A stretch of 56,846 nucleotides of DNA from a virus. The DNA lies in the IMG/VR virus record IMGVR_UViG_3300045988_088058, positions 1 through 56,846 of that record, one strand, 5' to 3'. Numbering within the stretch: position 1 is the stretch's first letter; the number at the start of each line of letters is the position of its first letter. The translations under genes were made by a program, and so were the position numbers. The notes under the pieces were generated by a model that saw nothing but the letters and a program-made list of their open reading frames with translations, was not told where the DNA came from and did not search any database. Below are positions 1-8,456 of the stretch, piece after piece.

Positions 1-28
1 AAAAAAAAATAATCAGGAATTTTCCTGA
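1..28 (-). terminator. Rho-independent terminator directly after the yhhQ-like gene; duplicated at 56792-56819 because of the window overlap
   Basis: Inverted repeat TCAGGA/TCCTGA (13-28) abuts the stop codon at 29-31. On the minus strand it is followed by a T-run (plus-strand A-run 1-12). Confidence 0.6.
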
Positions 29-562
29 CTACTTTTTCAAAAGTCTCGAAGCAATTGATTGCAAAATGAACTGAACAAAAACTTGGCCTAAAACAGCTGA
101 AGGAATGTCTATATATGCAACTGTTCCAATTCCAAGAGGACTCAATCCTAACGCAATCCAAATAGTTGCATCTATAATAGAACCTATATTGCTTGATAAA
201 GCATTTGCAATCTTCGAGTCGTATTTATTAGACAATCTATTAAATATGAAGACGCTTGCCTTTTGGCCTATCCAAAATGCAACTCCAGAAGCCACGACAA
301 GCGATTGTGGCAGGCTTTGCATTAAGCAAATCAACGAAGTAAGGAATAACCCTACCCATATCAAAGAACCTGTAAATTTTGGCTTCTCGTACTTGCTTAT
401 TAAGTTTATAAGCAGGAAAGTGAATCCCATAAACCAACTGCTAGGAGGAATTAAAATTCCTTTCACATTTAAAGGCTCGAAGTAGATTGTCACAAGATTT
501 GCAATAACGACTAGAGCTATATATGCCACTGAATAAATTTTAGATTTCAATTTCTTCACCAT
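29..562 (-). CDS. yhhQ: Polytopic membrane protein, candidate YhhQ/DUF165-family queuosine-precursor (preQ0/preQ1) transporter
   Basis: 177 aa with multiple hydrophobic helices. The stretch WIGQKASVFIFNRLSNKY...SNIGSIIDATIW resembles the E. coli YhhQ stretch LGQILDVHVFNRLRQ...GNVSDTLAFF as I remember it. It is adjacent to the que operon on the circular map and overlaps the polA stop by 23 nt. Confidence 0.55.
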   Translation of the reverse strand: MVKKLKSKIYSVAYIALVVIANLVTIYFEPLNVKGILIPPSSWFMGFTFLLINLISKYEKPKFTGSLIWVGLFLTSLICLMQSLPQSLVVASGVAFWIGQKASVFIFNRLSNKYDSKIANALSSNIGSIIDATIWIALGLSPLGIGTVAYIDIPSAVLGQVFVQFILQSIASRLLKK

Positions 563-2879
563 ACCATCTTTCTACTATACTAGGGTCACATTTCATTGGG
601 AGACTAATAATGTCCTTGGCTGCTTCAATCATAACTTCCGTCAAACGCTCTGCTCCCCGCTTCGCATTCTTAATAGGAACTTCACCTAATAACTCGTCAT
701 GTACTGGAATCATTAAGTGAAACCCTAATTCTTTGAGTTCTGGATCATTGTGTACCTTAATCATTGCATACTTAGTCATGTCAGCAGCAGTTCCTTGAAT
801 GACGGAGTTCAAACATTGACGCTGAGCATCTGCTATTTTTCCTCCATTGTCGCGAATAAGAATGCCTTCAGCTTTCGCCTCGTCCTTAATTTCCTGCTTC
901 TTCTTAAATCCCCAAGCTCTATCAAGCTGGGCCCAATATTTTTCAATAATATATTCAGGAACAGTATCATCCATCTGCTGGTCATTGTCAAAGTTAAATG
1001 GGTCAAAGTCTTCGTTCTTGCTAGCGTCAATATACTCGAACTCATATTCAGGCAAGCTCATGTCAGGAAGTCGTCTTCTTCGACCTGTCGCCGTTTGAAC
1101 ATATCCCACGTCTTGCGCCTGTTGCTGAACGAATATGATATAGTCAGCTACCTTAGGAAACTCACTAAAGAAATCTTCGATGACCTTATTCGCTTCCTTG
1201 ACAGAAACATTCATTTGCTCTGCAATTGAATTGGCTCCACGACCATACATAAGACCTAAAAGAACGGACTTGACTGAATTTCTTCGAAGCTTCCCTTGCT
1301 TGTTAGTTGTTCCGTCAGGATAGAATTCAAGACACTCTTCATAAGGAACTCCGTAAAGTTTCGAACCAATAACGGAGTAAAGGTCTAGGTTTTCTTCATA
1401 AGCATGACGCATACTCTCATCACCACTCAATTCGGCAAGTGAACGAGGTTCCTGTTGAGAGTAGTCACTACCAATGATATAGTGTCCAGGACTTGCGGCA
1501 AATATTTGTCGAACCACTGCTCCTTCACCTCGTGACGGAATATTCTGCAAGTTAGGACCTTCACTTGACATACGTCCAGTCTTGGCTCCATACTGCTTGA
1601 ATGTAGTGTGAATTCGATTATCAGGTTTTGCAAGGTGCCGGTCGAGAGTTGTATAGGTCGAAACTAATTTTGCATATTTTCTATATTTCAAGAGAGCTTT
1701 TGAAATGTCATTGTCGAAGTGCTCAATTATGCTTTCACCTGTTCCTCTAGGTTTATCCTTTTCAGGACTCTTCAATCCCATGATGTCATAAAATAGGATT
1801 GCTAATTGAGTAGGACTGGAAATACTTACCGTCACTCGACCTCTTGCGTCCATTTCGAGTTTTTGATAGTTTTGGAAATTAGTTTGTCGAAGTTCTTCGA
1901 TTTCAGGTTGCCACTCGCTGACAAGCTGTTGAAATTCCGTCTCAGCTTCGTTCATCTTAGTAGTAAACTGTTCCCTAATTTCATTCAACTTATTCTGGTC
2001 TAAATCAACTCCGTAGATTTCCATGTCGAAAAGAACTTTAATCAACGGCATTTCAATATTATGCAGAACCCAAGAAACTTTTTCTAAGTTATATTCTGAG
2101 CATTGTTCAGTTCCTGGAGTCAAGTATTGTTTTTGAAACTCATAAAGTTCGAAAGTTTGCAAAGGGTCATAGGCCGCATACATATATGCAACATCCGGAG
2201 GAATTAAACTAAAAGGAATGCCTTTGAACAAGTCATTGAATTTAGCAACCTCTGCGTTTTCTTCATTTCGAACATATTTAGAATGAAGACTTTTCAAGCT
2301 GTGAGACTCGTTTTCATTTAAAAGCATTGAGGCTAAATAAGTATCCCATTCAGGCTCACTCATCTTGACGCCAAGTCGCCAATAAATCGATTTCATATCA
2401 AATTTCGAGTTGTGGTAGATAATAGGAATTCCTGAATCTACAATTCGTTGAAGCATTTTCTTCATAAACTCAGGAGAAATTTGATTCTTAATTCGCATCT
2501 TCGTCATATTGCTAACATGATTGACAGGTGCATAAATTCCTTTTTGACTAGGCGAATAAAGGCATACTCCAGCAATCTCGTCGTGAATAGTATCAAGGCC
2601 GTCAGTTTCCACGTCAATAGAACCTATTCCATCTTCAATCATGTTTTGAACATACTGCTCAAACTGAGCTTCATCAGTAACTAGTCCCAGCCTATGAAGA
2701 ACATGTCCAAGAATACGGTTCGAAAGAGTACGAGCTCTAGCAACTGCGTCCTTTAGAGCATTACCTGAAATATAAGTCACTTCAACTGCAGGCTTCCTAT
2801 TTTTTCTTTGTGCAAGTAATTGAGCATCGTTTTTCTTACTTGAACGAGGCTTTGCACCAAAAAGTCCTTTTTGAGACAT
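540..2879 (-). CDS. polA: Family A DNA polymerase with 3'-5' proofreading exonuclease domain
   Basis: 779 aa. Exo motifs are IDVETDGL, HNSKFDMKSI and YAAYDPLQTFELY. Pol motifs are A SDYSQQEPR, B RRNSVKSVLLGLMYGRG and C IPVHDELL. Confidence 0.95.
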   Translation of the reverse strand: MSQKGLFGAKPRSSKKNDAQLLAQRKNRKPAVEVTYISGNALKDAVARARTLSNRILGHVLHRLGLVTDEAQFEQYVQNMIEDGIGSIDVETDGLDTIHDEIAGVCLYSPSQKGIYAPVNHVSNMTKMRIKNQISPEFMKKMLQRIVDSGIPIIYHNSKFDMKSIYWRLGVKMSEPEWDTYLASMLLNENESHSLKSLHSKYVRNEENAEVAKFNDLFKGIPFSLIPPDVAYMYAAYDPLQTFELYEFQKQYLTPGTEQCSEYNLEKVSWVLHNIEMPLIKVLFDMEIYGVDLDQNKLNEIREQFTTKMNEAETEFQQLVSEWQPEIEELRQTNFQNYQKLEMDARGRVTVSISSPTQLAILFYDIMGLKSPEKDKPRGTGESIIEHFDNDISKALLKYRKYAKLVSTYTTLDRHLAKPDNRIHTTFKQYGAKTGRMSSEGPNLQNIPSRGEGAVVRQIFAASPGHYIIGSDYSQQEPRSLAELSGDESMRHAYEENLDLYSVIGSKLYGVPYEECLEFYPDGTTNKQGKLRRNSVKSVLLGLMYGRGANSIAEQMNVSVKEANKVIEDFFSEFPKVADYIIFVQQQAQDVGYVQTATGRRRRLPDMSLPEYEFEYIDASKNEDFDPFNFDNDQQMDDTVPEYIIEKYWAQLDRAWGFKKKQEIKDEAKAEGILIRDNGGKIADAQRQCLNSVIQGTAADMTKYAMIKVHNDPELKELGFHLMIPVHDELLGEVPIKNAKRGAERLTEVMIEAAKDIISLPMKCDPSIVERWYGEEIEI

Positions 2880-2930
2880 CTAAATTCCTTTCTTTCAAAT
2901 AGCTAATAAAAGAGGGCTTGCGCCCTCATG

Positions 2931-3659
2931 TTAGAATCCTCGACCTCGTGTAGGAGGAGTTCTTCGACTAACTGAAGGAGTTCTTTCAGCTGTTCGACCT
3001 TTTGAAGAATCTCGACCTGAACCACGTCTAGGAGCAGGAGCCGAACCTCTACGAGAATTAGAACGGCTTGAAGACTGCTCCTCCTGAAGAGTGAATCTCC
3101 CGTCAATTACATCGAACATTTGATCTTCGTCTAATTCTAAAATTAGAGTTCCAAGAAGTTCGCTCTTTTCAGGGAAATCATCGAGGGTAGCATTATCCTC
3201 TGGTCGCTCCGGAAGGAATTCGTAGGTAGTTCTTTGGTCACCTTTAGCCCCTGAACGAATGATTTCGAAAGGCTGAGTTACAAGGCTTCCATACTTATTG
3301 ATAAATGTAACAATTTTTTGAACATATGAACGACCGCGGTCCCATGTTTCAACTTTTCCGCTGTCATGGTTATACAGCTGAAGAAATAGTTTTTCAATAC
3401 GAGGGAACCCATTTTGGCACATTGGGCAACGATCGGGATTAACTGTCTCACCATCTTCTCCAATAGCGTTGCAATTAACATATCGTCGACGGCCATCAAT
3501 TTCTGCTTCATGCACCACAAAGTAGTCAACGTCTTCGCCCTCTGGGTCATCATATAAAAGAGTGACGATTGCGCTGTCACCGTGGTCAGCTAGTGTGAAA
3601 AATTCATTATTAGTTCCTGAACTAAATGAACCTGATTTTTGAATGGATACTCTTGCCAT
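2931..3659 (-). CDS. Putative ssDNA-binding protein (gp32-like layout with a Cys pair) and an Arg/Ser/Gly-rich C-terminal tail
   Basis: 242 aa, located directly upstream of polA. It has a CPMC motif, and the C-terminal 50 aa are low complexity (SSSRSNSRRGSAPAPRRGSGRD...RGRGF). The functional call rests on position and composition only. Confidence 0.35.
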   Translation of the reverse strand: MARVSIQKSGSFSSGTNNEFFTLADHGDSAIVTLLYDDPEGEDVDYFVVHEAEIDGRRRYVNCNAIGEDGETVNPDRCPMCQNGFPRIEKLFLQLYNHDSGKVETWDRGRSYVQKIVTFINKYGSLVTQPFEIIRSGAKGDQRTTYEFLPERPEDNATLDDFPEKSELLGTLILELDEDQMFDVIDGRFTLQEEQSSSRSNSRRGSAPAPRRGSGRDSSKGRTAERTPSVSRRTPPTRGRGF

Positions 3660-3738
3660 ATCAATTCTCCTTTTAAGTTTTTAATGATTGAAAGATTTTT
3701 GAAGTTTTTAAGGTTTCAAGGTTTGTTCTTTCATATAT

Positions 3739-3768
3739 AATATACACGAAATTCGTGCAAATTGTAAA
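3739..3768 (-). promoter_or_regulatory. Class II promoter: TTTACA-N18-TATATT with conserved TTCGTG abutting the -10
   Basis: Minus strand reads GGTTTACAATTTGCACGAATTTCGTGTATATTATATATG. Same architecture occurs at 7793-7822, 43795-43824, 51466-51495 and 56683-56712. Confidence 0.5.
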
Positions 3769-3772
3769 CCGA

Positions 3773-4387
3773 TTATATAAAATCTTTTAATTTATTTTTT
3801 AGCTTTTTCTTAGACTGGCTAATAGCTGCTCGGCTTACTCCAATTTCACGCGCAATTTCTGCGTCGCTGACGAGCGGTCCGTTTTGAAGTACGGACGAGA
3901 TATAAGCATATTCTGTACTAGATAACGTCATGAAATCGAGACTTGCTTCGATTTCAATTTTCCCATAATCTTCGCAGTACCCTACTGTTGACAGGATGCT
4001 GAAATCGTCATTTTCATCGCGAGAGGACTCGTTATCGAAAATGACTTCCAAATACCAGTTTCTGTTCAACGAAGGAGCATTTAGATACCTATACTCTAAT
4101 AGCACTCTATTTCGAAAAATCCTTGTAAGGTAGGTTGAGAACTTAGCGCCCTGCTCCGACTGGAACGTTGCAAGACACTTAGAGATAGTTTCGAATGCTA
4201 TGCTTTCTATATCATGTCGCGAAAGGCATTTAAACTTGCGCGCATAAGTATAGAGCATTCCGAAGTAACGCTGGTAGGTAGACGCAATTGACATGTCAGG
4301 GTCGATTTTATAGTTTTCGACACATTTGTCATCATTCCAGCATTCTCCGCCAACATAGCTGGAGACTAGTCCGTTGATTCTTTTCAT
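3773..4387 (-). CDS. Phage-encoded sigma-70 family (ECF-like) sigma factor
   Basis: 204 aa. Region-2-like FSTYLTRIFRNRVLLEYRYL and C-terminal region-4 HTH VSDAEIAREIGVSRAAISQSKKKLKNKLK. Confidence 0.7.
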   Translation of the reverse strand: MKRINGLVSSYVGGECWNDDKCVENYKIDPDMSIASTYQRYFGMLYTYARKFKCLSRHDIESIAFETISKCLATFQSEQGAKFSTYLTRIFRNRVLLEYRYLNAPSLNRNWYLEVIFDNESSRDENDDFSILSTVGYCEDYGKIEIEASLDFMTLSSTEYAYISSVLQNGPLVSDAEIAREIGVSRAAISQSKKKLKNKLKDFI

Positions 4388-4419
4388 TTAATATGACCTC
4401 TTTTTAATTATGTAAGTTG

Positions 4420-4448
4420 ATTATACGATAATAAGTGAATTATTACAA
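4420..4448 (-). promoter_or_regulatory. Promoter TTGTAA-N17-TATAAT, a class I variant sharing the TTATCGTATAAT -10 block
   Basis: Minus strand reads CTTGTAATAATTCACTTATTATCGTATAATCAAC, upstream of the sigma gene and overlapping the primase stop codon. Confidence 0.45.
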
Positions 4449-5459
4449 GACTAAATTGTTAAAATCTATCAAATCCGGTCTGTCGTTGATGTCCCACTTA
4501 TTTTCGTAGAATTCATCAGGGTAGTTTAAGAATCGAACAACCTTACTTCGTTTTAACTGCTTGTAAAGTTTTTCCTGCGCTGTCTGTCCAGCGTTATCAG
4601 GGTCGAGAGCTAGAACGATATTTCTATAAGGAAGTCTTTTAAGCAAGTTGATTTGATTTCCTCCTCCTACTCCCATAAGAGCGACTGCAGGAATTTTCAT
4701 CGACCATAACGTCAAGCAGTTGATAACGGACTCTGTAACGAAAACTTGGTTGACAGGTTTTTCAAAATAGTCTCGAAATGCTACGAGTTCATATTGTCCG
4801 TAAAGAAAATCTGTTTTAGGATCGTCTTCGCCATACTGGTGAAATTTTGAACGAACACTCCGACGATTGAAAAATACGGTTTCGCCATTTAGGTTTCTTA
4901 CAGGAAACGTGATGCAGTCGTGAAGTTTGTCGTACCCTACATCAAACATTTCAATGAGCTCGTCAGTCAGTTTCCGCTCATACATATAAGGATGAATGAA
5001 CCTGTATTTATCAAGTTCTTCTTCAGGAATAATTGAATGCTGAATTTTTTTACTAGCTCCATTTCTACGAAAGGCTTCAGGACTAACTCCGCTCCTAACT
5101 ACTTCGCTAGATGTTCCAAAGTTCCTTTTCAGCCACTGGTTTCCATAAAAGCCTCCGTCCTTTCTGCCTAATACATTAGAAATGAACTCAGTTAGGCCTG
5201 AAGTATATCCGCAAGTGAAACAGTGAACCGTTCCAGCTTCAGTGACTTTACTTCCCGAATAGGAAGGATTTCTACTCATTCCGCAAGAAGGATGTTTTTC
5301 AACCCCGCCGGCATGAAATGGGCATGAAAATTGATAGTTGCTTCCAAGTGACTTAGTTCTTCTAAAAATGAATACTCCTTCATCTTCTAGCTGTCGAGAA
5401 AGTTTTTCGATTATTAGTTCAGGAGTGGCTTCAATTTGAAGACCATTTACCTTCATCAA
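4443..5459 (-). CDS. dnaG: DnaG-type DNA primase (CHC2 zinc finger plus TOPRIM)
   Basis: 338 aa. CPFHAGGVEKHPSCGMS...HCFTCGYTS zinc finger. TOPRIM residues VTESVINCL and LALDPDNAG. Confidence 0.85.
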   Translation of the reverse strand: MMKVNGLQIEATPELIIEKLSRQLEDEGVFIFRRTKSLGSNYQFSCPFHAGGVEKHPSCGMSRNPSYSGSKVTEAGTVHCFTCGYTSGLTEFISNVLGRKDGGFYGNQWLKRNFGTSSEVVRSGVSPEAFRRNGASKKIQHSIIPEEELDKYRFIHPYMYERKLTDELIEMFDVGYDKLHDCITFPVRNLNGETVFFNRRSVRSKFHQYGEDDPKTDFLYGQYELVAFRDYFEKPVNQVFVTESVINCLTLWSMKIPAVALMGVGGGNQINLLKRLPYRNIVLALDPDNAGQTAQEKLYKQLKRSKVVRFLNYPDEFYENKWDINDRPDLIDFNNLVL

Positions 5460-6787
5460 AATGCTTCAACTCCTTCCCGGGTTACTTTATTTCTAAGATT
5501 TGAAGTTGACCTAGATGCTTTTGCTTTCAGTGCAGAGCTTTGACCTGACTCACTTTCGCCCTCTTCTTTGAATCCAATAAGGGTATAAGTCCCAGTTTCA
5601 ACGTCCCACATGTATTCGATAATTTTTCGGTCTTCACCATATCGATTTTTAACTACTGACAATTCAAGTATGCCTGATTTCTCGTCACGCTTCATAGCGA
5701 TAACTCTACTAGCATTTTGACCTACTCCGTCACTTTCTGCTATATGTTCCAGTTCCATGCTTTCAGCGCCTTCAGTTTTAGCCGAACGTCCTGCTTGGAC
5801 ATTAAGCACAATAGGAATTCCATATTTAGCAGAAATCTTATATAGGTCCATGGTGATGTTGGCGTACTGAATACGCTTCTGCTCTCTGCTTGGGTACGAT
5901 TCACTCATAAGGGAAAGCTGGTCAATTCCTACCACGGATGGTTTATATTTAGATATCATGCTATCTAAAATTGCAGGAGTAAGATTCTTTCCGCCAATCA
6001 TGAAAGGCGTGACTACCACAAGGGAATTTTCAGCCTCAGTCATTGCTTGAATATGGTCCTCATATTTTTCGAACTGGTGTTCGTTCCATATTCCCTTGGT
6101 AATTGAATTGATGCTAACATTAGAAAGGATAGTATCAATACGAGCACCAACTTGCATTTCACTCATTTCTCCACTATATAGAAGAACATCATGTCCGTTC
6201 TTCCAAGCAGTTGCAAGCATTTTATCAATAGTCCAAGATTTCCCTTGTCCAGGTCGAGCCATTATGACAACCAAGTCCTCACCTGGAAGAAGACCACCTA
6301 ATACGTCATCCAGTAGTTCGAAACCTGTAGATATTCCAAGTCGTTCACCTTCGTGGTTTCTAATACTGTTTGCCCAGTCAAGTCGAAGATTTGCATTTCT
6401 TGCAATGTCGAGCCCGCCTATAAACTTAGAACGATTAAACAGCTCTTCAAGTTTAGGGATTATATTAGCAATTGCGACATTGCTATCCACTTGAATATCT
6501 TCAGCCGCTTCAGTTAAAATGGGCACCAGGGAATTATAAAGATGCTCCTCTTTTAGCTTGTCAATAAGATACTCATCAGTTTCGCCGATTTCAAAAAATT
6601 CAAATCCAGGAAAATGGTCTAAAATGGTTTCATCGTCCGGAACTCTTCCATAATTCGAAAAGTGACTTTGAATAAATATAAACTCGTCTAAATAATCAGT
6701 GAAGTAGTCTTGGTCAATTCCATTATTCTCTAAAATAGCTAGGCTCTTATCAACCAAGACTTTATTTAAGACTTGAAGTTGTATCAC
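5456..6787 (-). CDS. dnaB: DnaB-family replicative helicase
   Basis: 443 aa. Walker A MARPGQGKSW, GIDQLSLM, RecA-like C-terminal fold motifs. Start overlaps the neighbouring gene by 4 nt. Confidence 0.9.
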   Translation of the reverse strand: MIQLQVLNKVLVDKSLAILENNGIDQDYFTDYLDEFIFIQSHFSNYGRVPDDETILDHFPGFEFFEIGETDEYLIDKLKEEHLYNSLVPILTEAAEDIQVDSNVAIANIIPKLEELFNRSKFIGGLDIARNANLRLDWANSIRNHEGERLGISTGFELLDDVLGGLLPGEDLVVIMARPGQGKSWTIDKMLATAWKNGHDVLLYSGEMSEMQVGARIDTILSNVSINSITKGIWNEHQFEKYEDHIQAMTEAENSLVVVTPFMIGGKNLTPAILDSMISKYKPSVVGIDQLSLMSESYPSREQKRIQYANITMDLYKISAKYGIPIVLNVQAGRSAKTEGAESMELEHIAESDGVGQNASRVIAMKRDEKSGILELSVVKNRYGEDRKIIEYMWDVETGTYTLIGFKEEGESESGQSSALKAKASRSTSNLRNKVTREGVEAF

Positions 6788-7065
6788 TCTTCCACCTCTT
6801 TCAATTTTCCTACATGCTGTCCCTTTTCATTATAAAGAGGACTTTCTTTAGCTCCAGGGGCGCTCCCTAGCCAAGCGCCTGAGCTGTCGACAGTTAAGTA
6901 AATAGCAGATTTCTGCTTCTGCTTATAACTTTCGATTATTTCATTTTGCTTTTTCCGTTCGTCATGTCGTCCTACACAATATGCACCTATGCAGCAAATA
7001 CATAGAAAAAGAACGCACCAGAGAAGAACATTCGTAACTCCACTATATCTATGATTCAATTTCAC
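6784..7065 (-). CDS. Small single-pass membrane protein, unknown function
   Basis: 93 aa with Cys-rich TM helix VLLWCVLFLCICCIGAYCV. Translationally coupled on both sides, between the loader and the helicase. Confidence 0.45.
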   Translation of the reverse strand: MKLNHRYSGVTNVLLWCVLFLCICCIGAYCVGRHDERKKQNEIIESYKQKQKSAIYLTVDSSGAWLGSAPGAKESPLYNEKGQHVGKLKEVEE

Positions 7066-7693
7066 TTACCTCCAATCCTCTTACATTGCTAGCCTCGAAC
7101 TCTAGGACTACTGAGGTATCGTAGATACGACTATAAAGCCTTTGGCCTAAAAGTTCAATAATTTCTTCATCTGTATAATTAGTCGTGTAGATAGTTGACA
7201 AGTTATTATCAACTCTATAATTGACAAGGTCATATAGATAAGGATATGACGCCTTTGTCAATGAGCCTCCGCCTATTTCGTCAATAACTAAAAGCTCGCA
7301 AGTTTTTAAGCGCTCAAACCGTTCGAGGAATTCTTGCATAGTTTGAAAATAATTGTAGTCGCCAAACTCAGTCAATAGTTGAGCCGACACTACGAACATT
7401 CCTTTTTCGACCATTCTTCCATCAAGAGCAGTTTCTGCTAAATAACGTTGCAATAATCGAACCGCCCAACTAGTTTTTCCATTTCCGACAGTAGTTGAAG
7501 CAATAACAATGCTAAGTCCATTTTCAACTTCTTCAACTATATTTGCTCGAACATCTTCAAGCCATTCCCAGCACTCTCTGTCAGCTTTTCTTTCGACTAA
7601 TATTTGAGGCTCGAAGTATTTTTTAGGTAGCCCACTTTTCTCGAAAAGGTCATTTAACTTTTTCTTCCATATTCTATCAGCTAAATTATTCAA
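7049..7693 (-). CDS. DnaC/IstB-like AAA+ helicase loader
   Basis: 214 aa. Walker A STTVGNGKTSW and Walker B LLVIDEIGGG. TTG start preceded by AAAGGAGAAAAG. Confidence 0.7.
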   Translation of the reverse strand: MNNLADRIWKKKLNDLFEKSGLPKKYFEPQILVERKADRECWEWLEDVRANIVEEVENGLSIVIASTTVGNGKTSWAVRLLQRYLAETALDGRMVEKGMFVVSAQLLTEFGDYNYFQTMQEFLERFERLKTCELLVIDEIGGGSLTKASYPYLYDLVNYRVDNNLSTIYTTNYTDEEIIELLGQRLYSRIYDTSVVLEFEASNVRGLEVSEIES

Positions 7694-7792
7694 CTTTTCT
7701 CCTTTAATTTATTTTTCTGATAATTATTTACTAAATTTATAGTTCAGTAGTGTGATGCATATATACCGGCCCGAAAGATTCAAGAATAAATT

Positions 7793-7822
7793 ATTTTACA
7801 CGAGTTGAACTGATTTTGTTAA
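7793..7822 (-). promoter_or_regulatory. Class II promoter: TTAACA-N18-TAAAAT
   Basis: Minus strand reads GTTGCTTAACAAAATCAGTTCAACTCGTGTAAAAT. It shares TTGCTTAACAAAAT with the queF promoter and lies upstream of the loader gene. Confidence 0.4.
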
Positions 7823-7856
7823 GCAACTTTTTAAAAATCTAAAAATAGTCTATAAA

Positions 7857-8336
7857 TTAGTAGAATCCCTCGAATTTTGAGCCTATTTTTCCTTCAAGTT
7901 CATCTAAAATCCAGGCTCTTTTAAAGGTCGAAACTGTAATAACTTTCTCAGTCAAGTTCAATCTTCTTCGAACCTTTTCATACTTGACAAAACTTTCAGC
8001 AAGAAATCGACATAATTCAATATTCGAGTCAAGGTTCAAGTATTGCTGAACCTTCTTCATAGTGGTCGAAAAGTTGAACCAGTTATAATCAATGCACTTA
8101 ATTTCGAAAATAAATTCATATTGAACTATAAAGAATGACGATACTTGTTTCATGTTCGGCTCAAAGAGTTTTCCATTAAGCGCTTCAACTATTTGAAAAT
8201 AGTCTTGCTCGATTTTAGATAGACCTGTTGACACATCCTTCCTAAATAGTGAAGAACGAGTTTTAGGTCTTTCTTTAAATGTCAACTGAATTTCATTTCT
8301 AGCACTTGACGAGCTTCCTATTCTTTGCCTTGCCAC
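7857..8336 (-). CDS. Hypothetical protein (candidate replication accessory or origin-binding protein, by position only)
   Basis: 159 aa. GTG start preceded by a strong RBS TAAGGAGGCAATAA. Basic N-terminus. No motif recognised. Confidence 0.55.
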   Translation of the reverse strand: MARQRIGSSSSARNEIQLTFKERPKTRSSLFRKDVSTGLSKIEQDYFQIVEALNGKLFEPNMKQVSSFFIVQYEFIFEIKCIDYNWFNFSTTMKKVQQYLNLDSNIELCRFLAESFVKYEKVRRRLNLTEKVITVSTFKRAWILDELEGKIGSKFEGFY

Positions 8337-8359
8337 TTATTGCCTCCTTATCGTATAAT
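8330..8359 (+). promoter_or_regulatory. Orphan plus-strand promoter TTGCCA-N18-TATAAT inside a minus-strand gene block
   Basis: Carries the 12-nt class I -10 block TTATCGTATAAT plus CACTTATT, which it shares with the 4420-4448 promoter. It points into the GC-rich spacer 8366-8456, antisense to the local genes. Confidence 0.4.
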
Positions 8360-8367
8360 ATTAAGCC

Positions 8368-8399
8368 TCTAAAATTAACGCAGACAGTGGTTGCCTGCG
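8368..8399 (-). terminator. Hairpin terminator or attenuator between gene 8457-8876 and gene 7857-8336
   Basis: Minus-strand stem CGCAGGC/GUCUGCG (8379-8399; G.U on minus, A.C mismatch on plus) followed by UUAAUUUUA. An upstream CUGCG (about 8440) could pair alternatively with the 5' arm. Confidence 0.45.
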
Positions 8400-8456
8400 A
8401 GGGTGGTATAAAGAGACGCCTTTGGTCGTAGAACCGGCGCAGCTCCTAAAAGATCG

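Noticed and set aside
105-485. Plus-strand ORFs lying inside minus-strand genes. Examples are 105-485, 750-1229, 847-1098, 1806-2003, 2448-2684, 6096-6494, 9761-10060, 11368-11724, 21237-21656, 22647-23015, 23799-24026, 42491-43283, 47692-47961 and 54514-54992.
   Set aside because: Each lies fully antisense to a long ORF with clear catalytic motifs. They lack RBSs and have low-complexity or Ser/Leu-rich translations typical of antisense frames.
8360-8456. GC-rich spacer as a tRNA or a preQ1-II/III riboswitch
   Set aside because: I could not draw a cloverleaf: there is no acceptor stem and no T-loop GTTCRA with a paired stem. I saw no resemblance to the preQ1 class II/III motifs as I remember them. 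It is kept only as an unexplained structured element.
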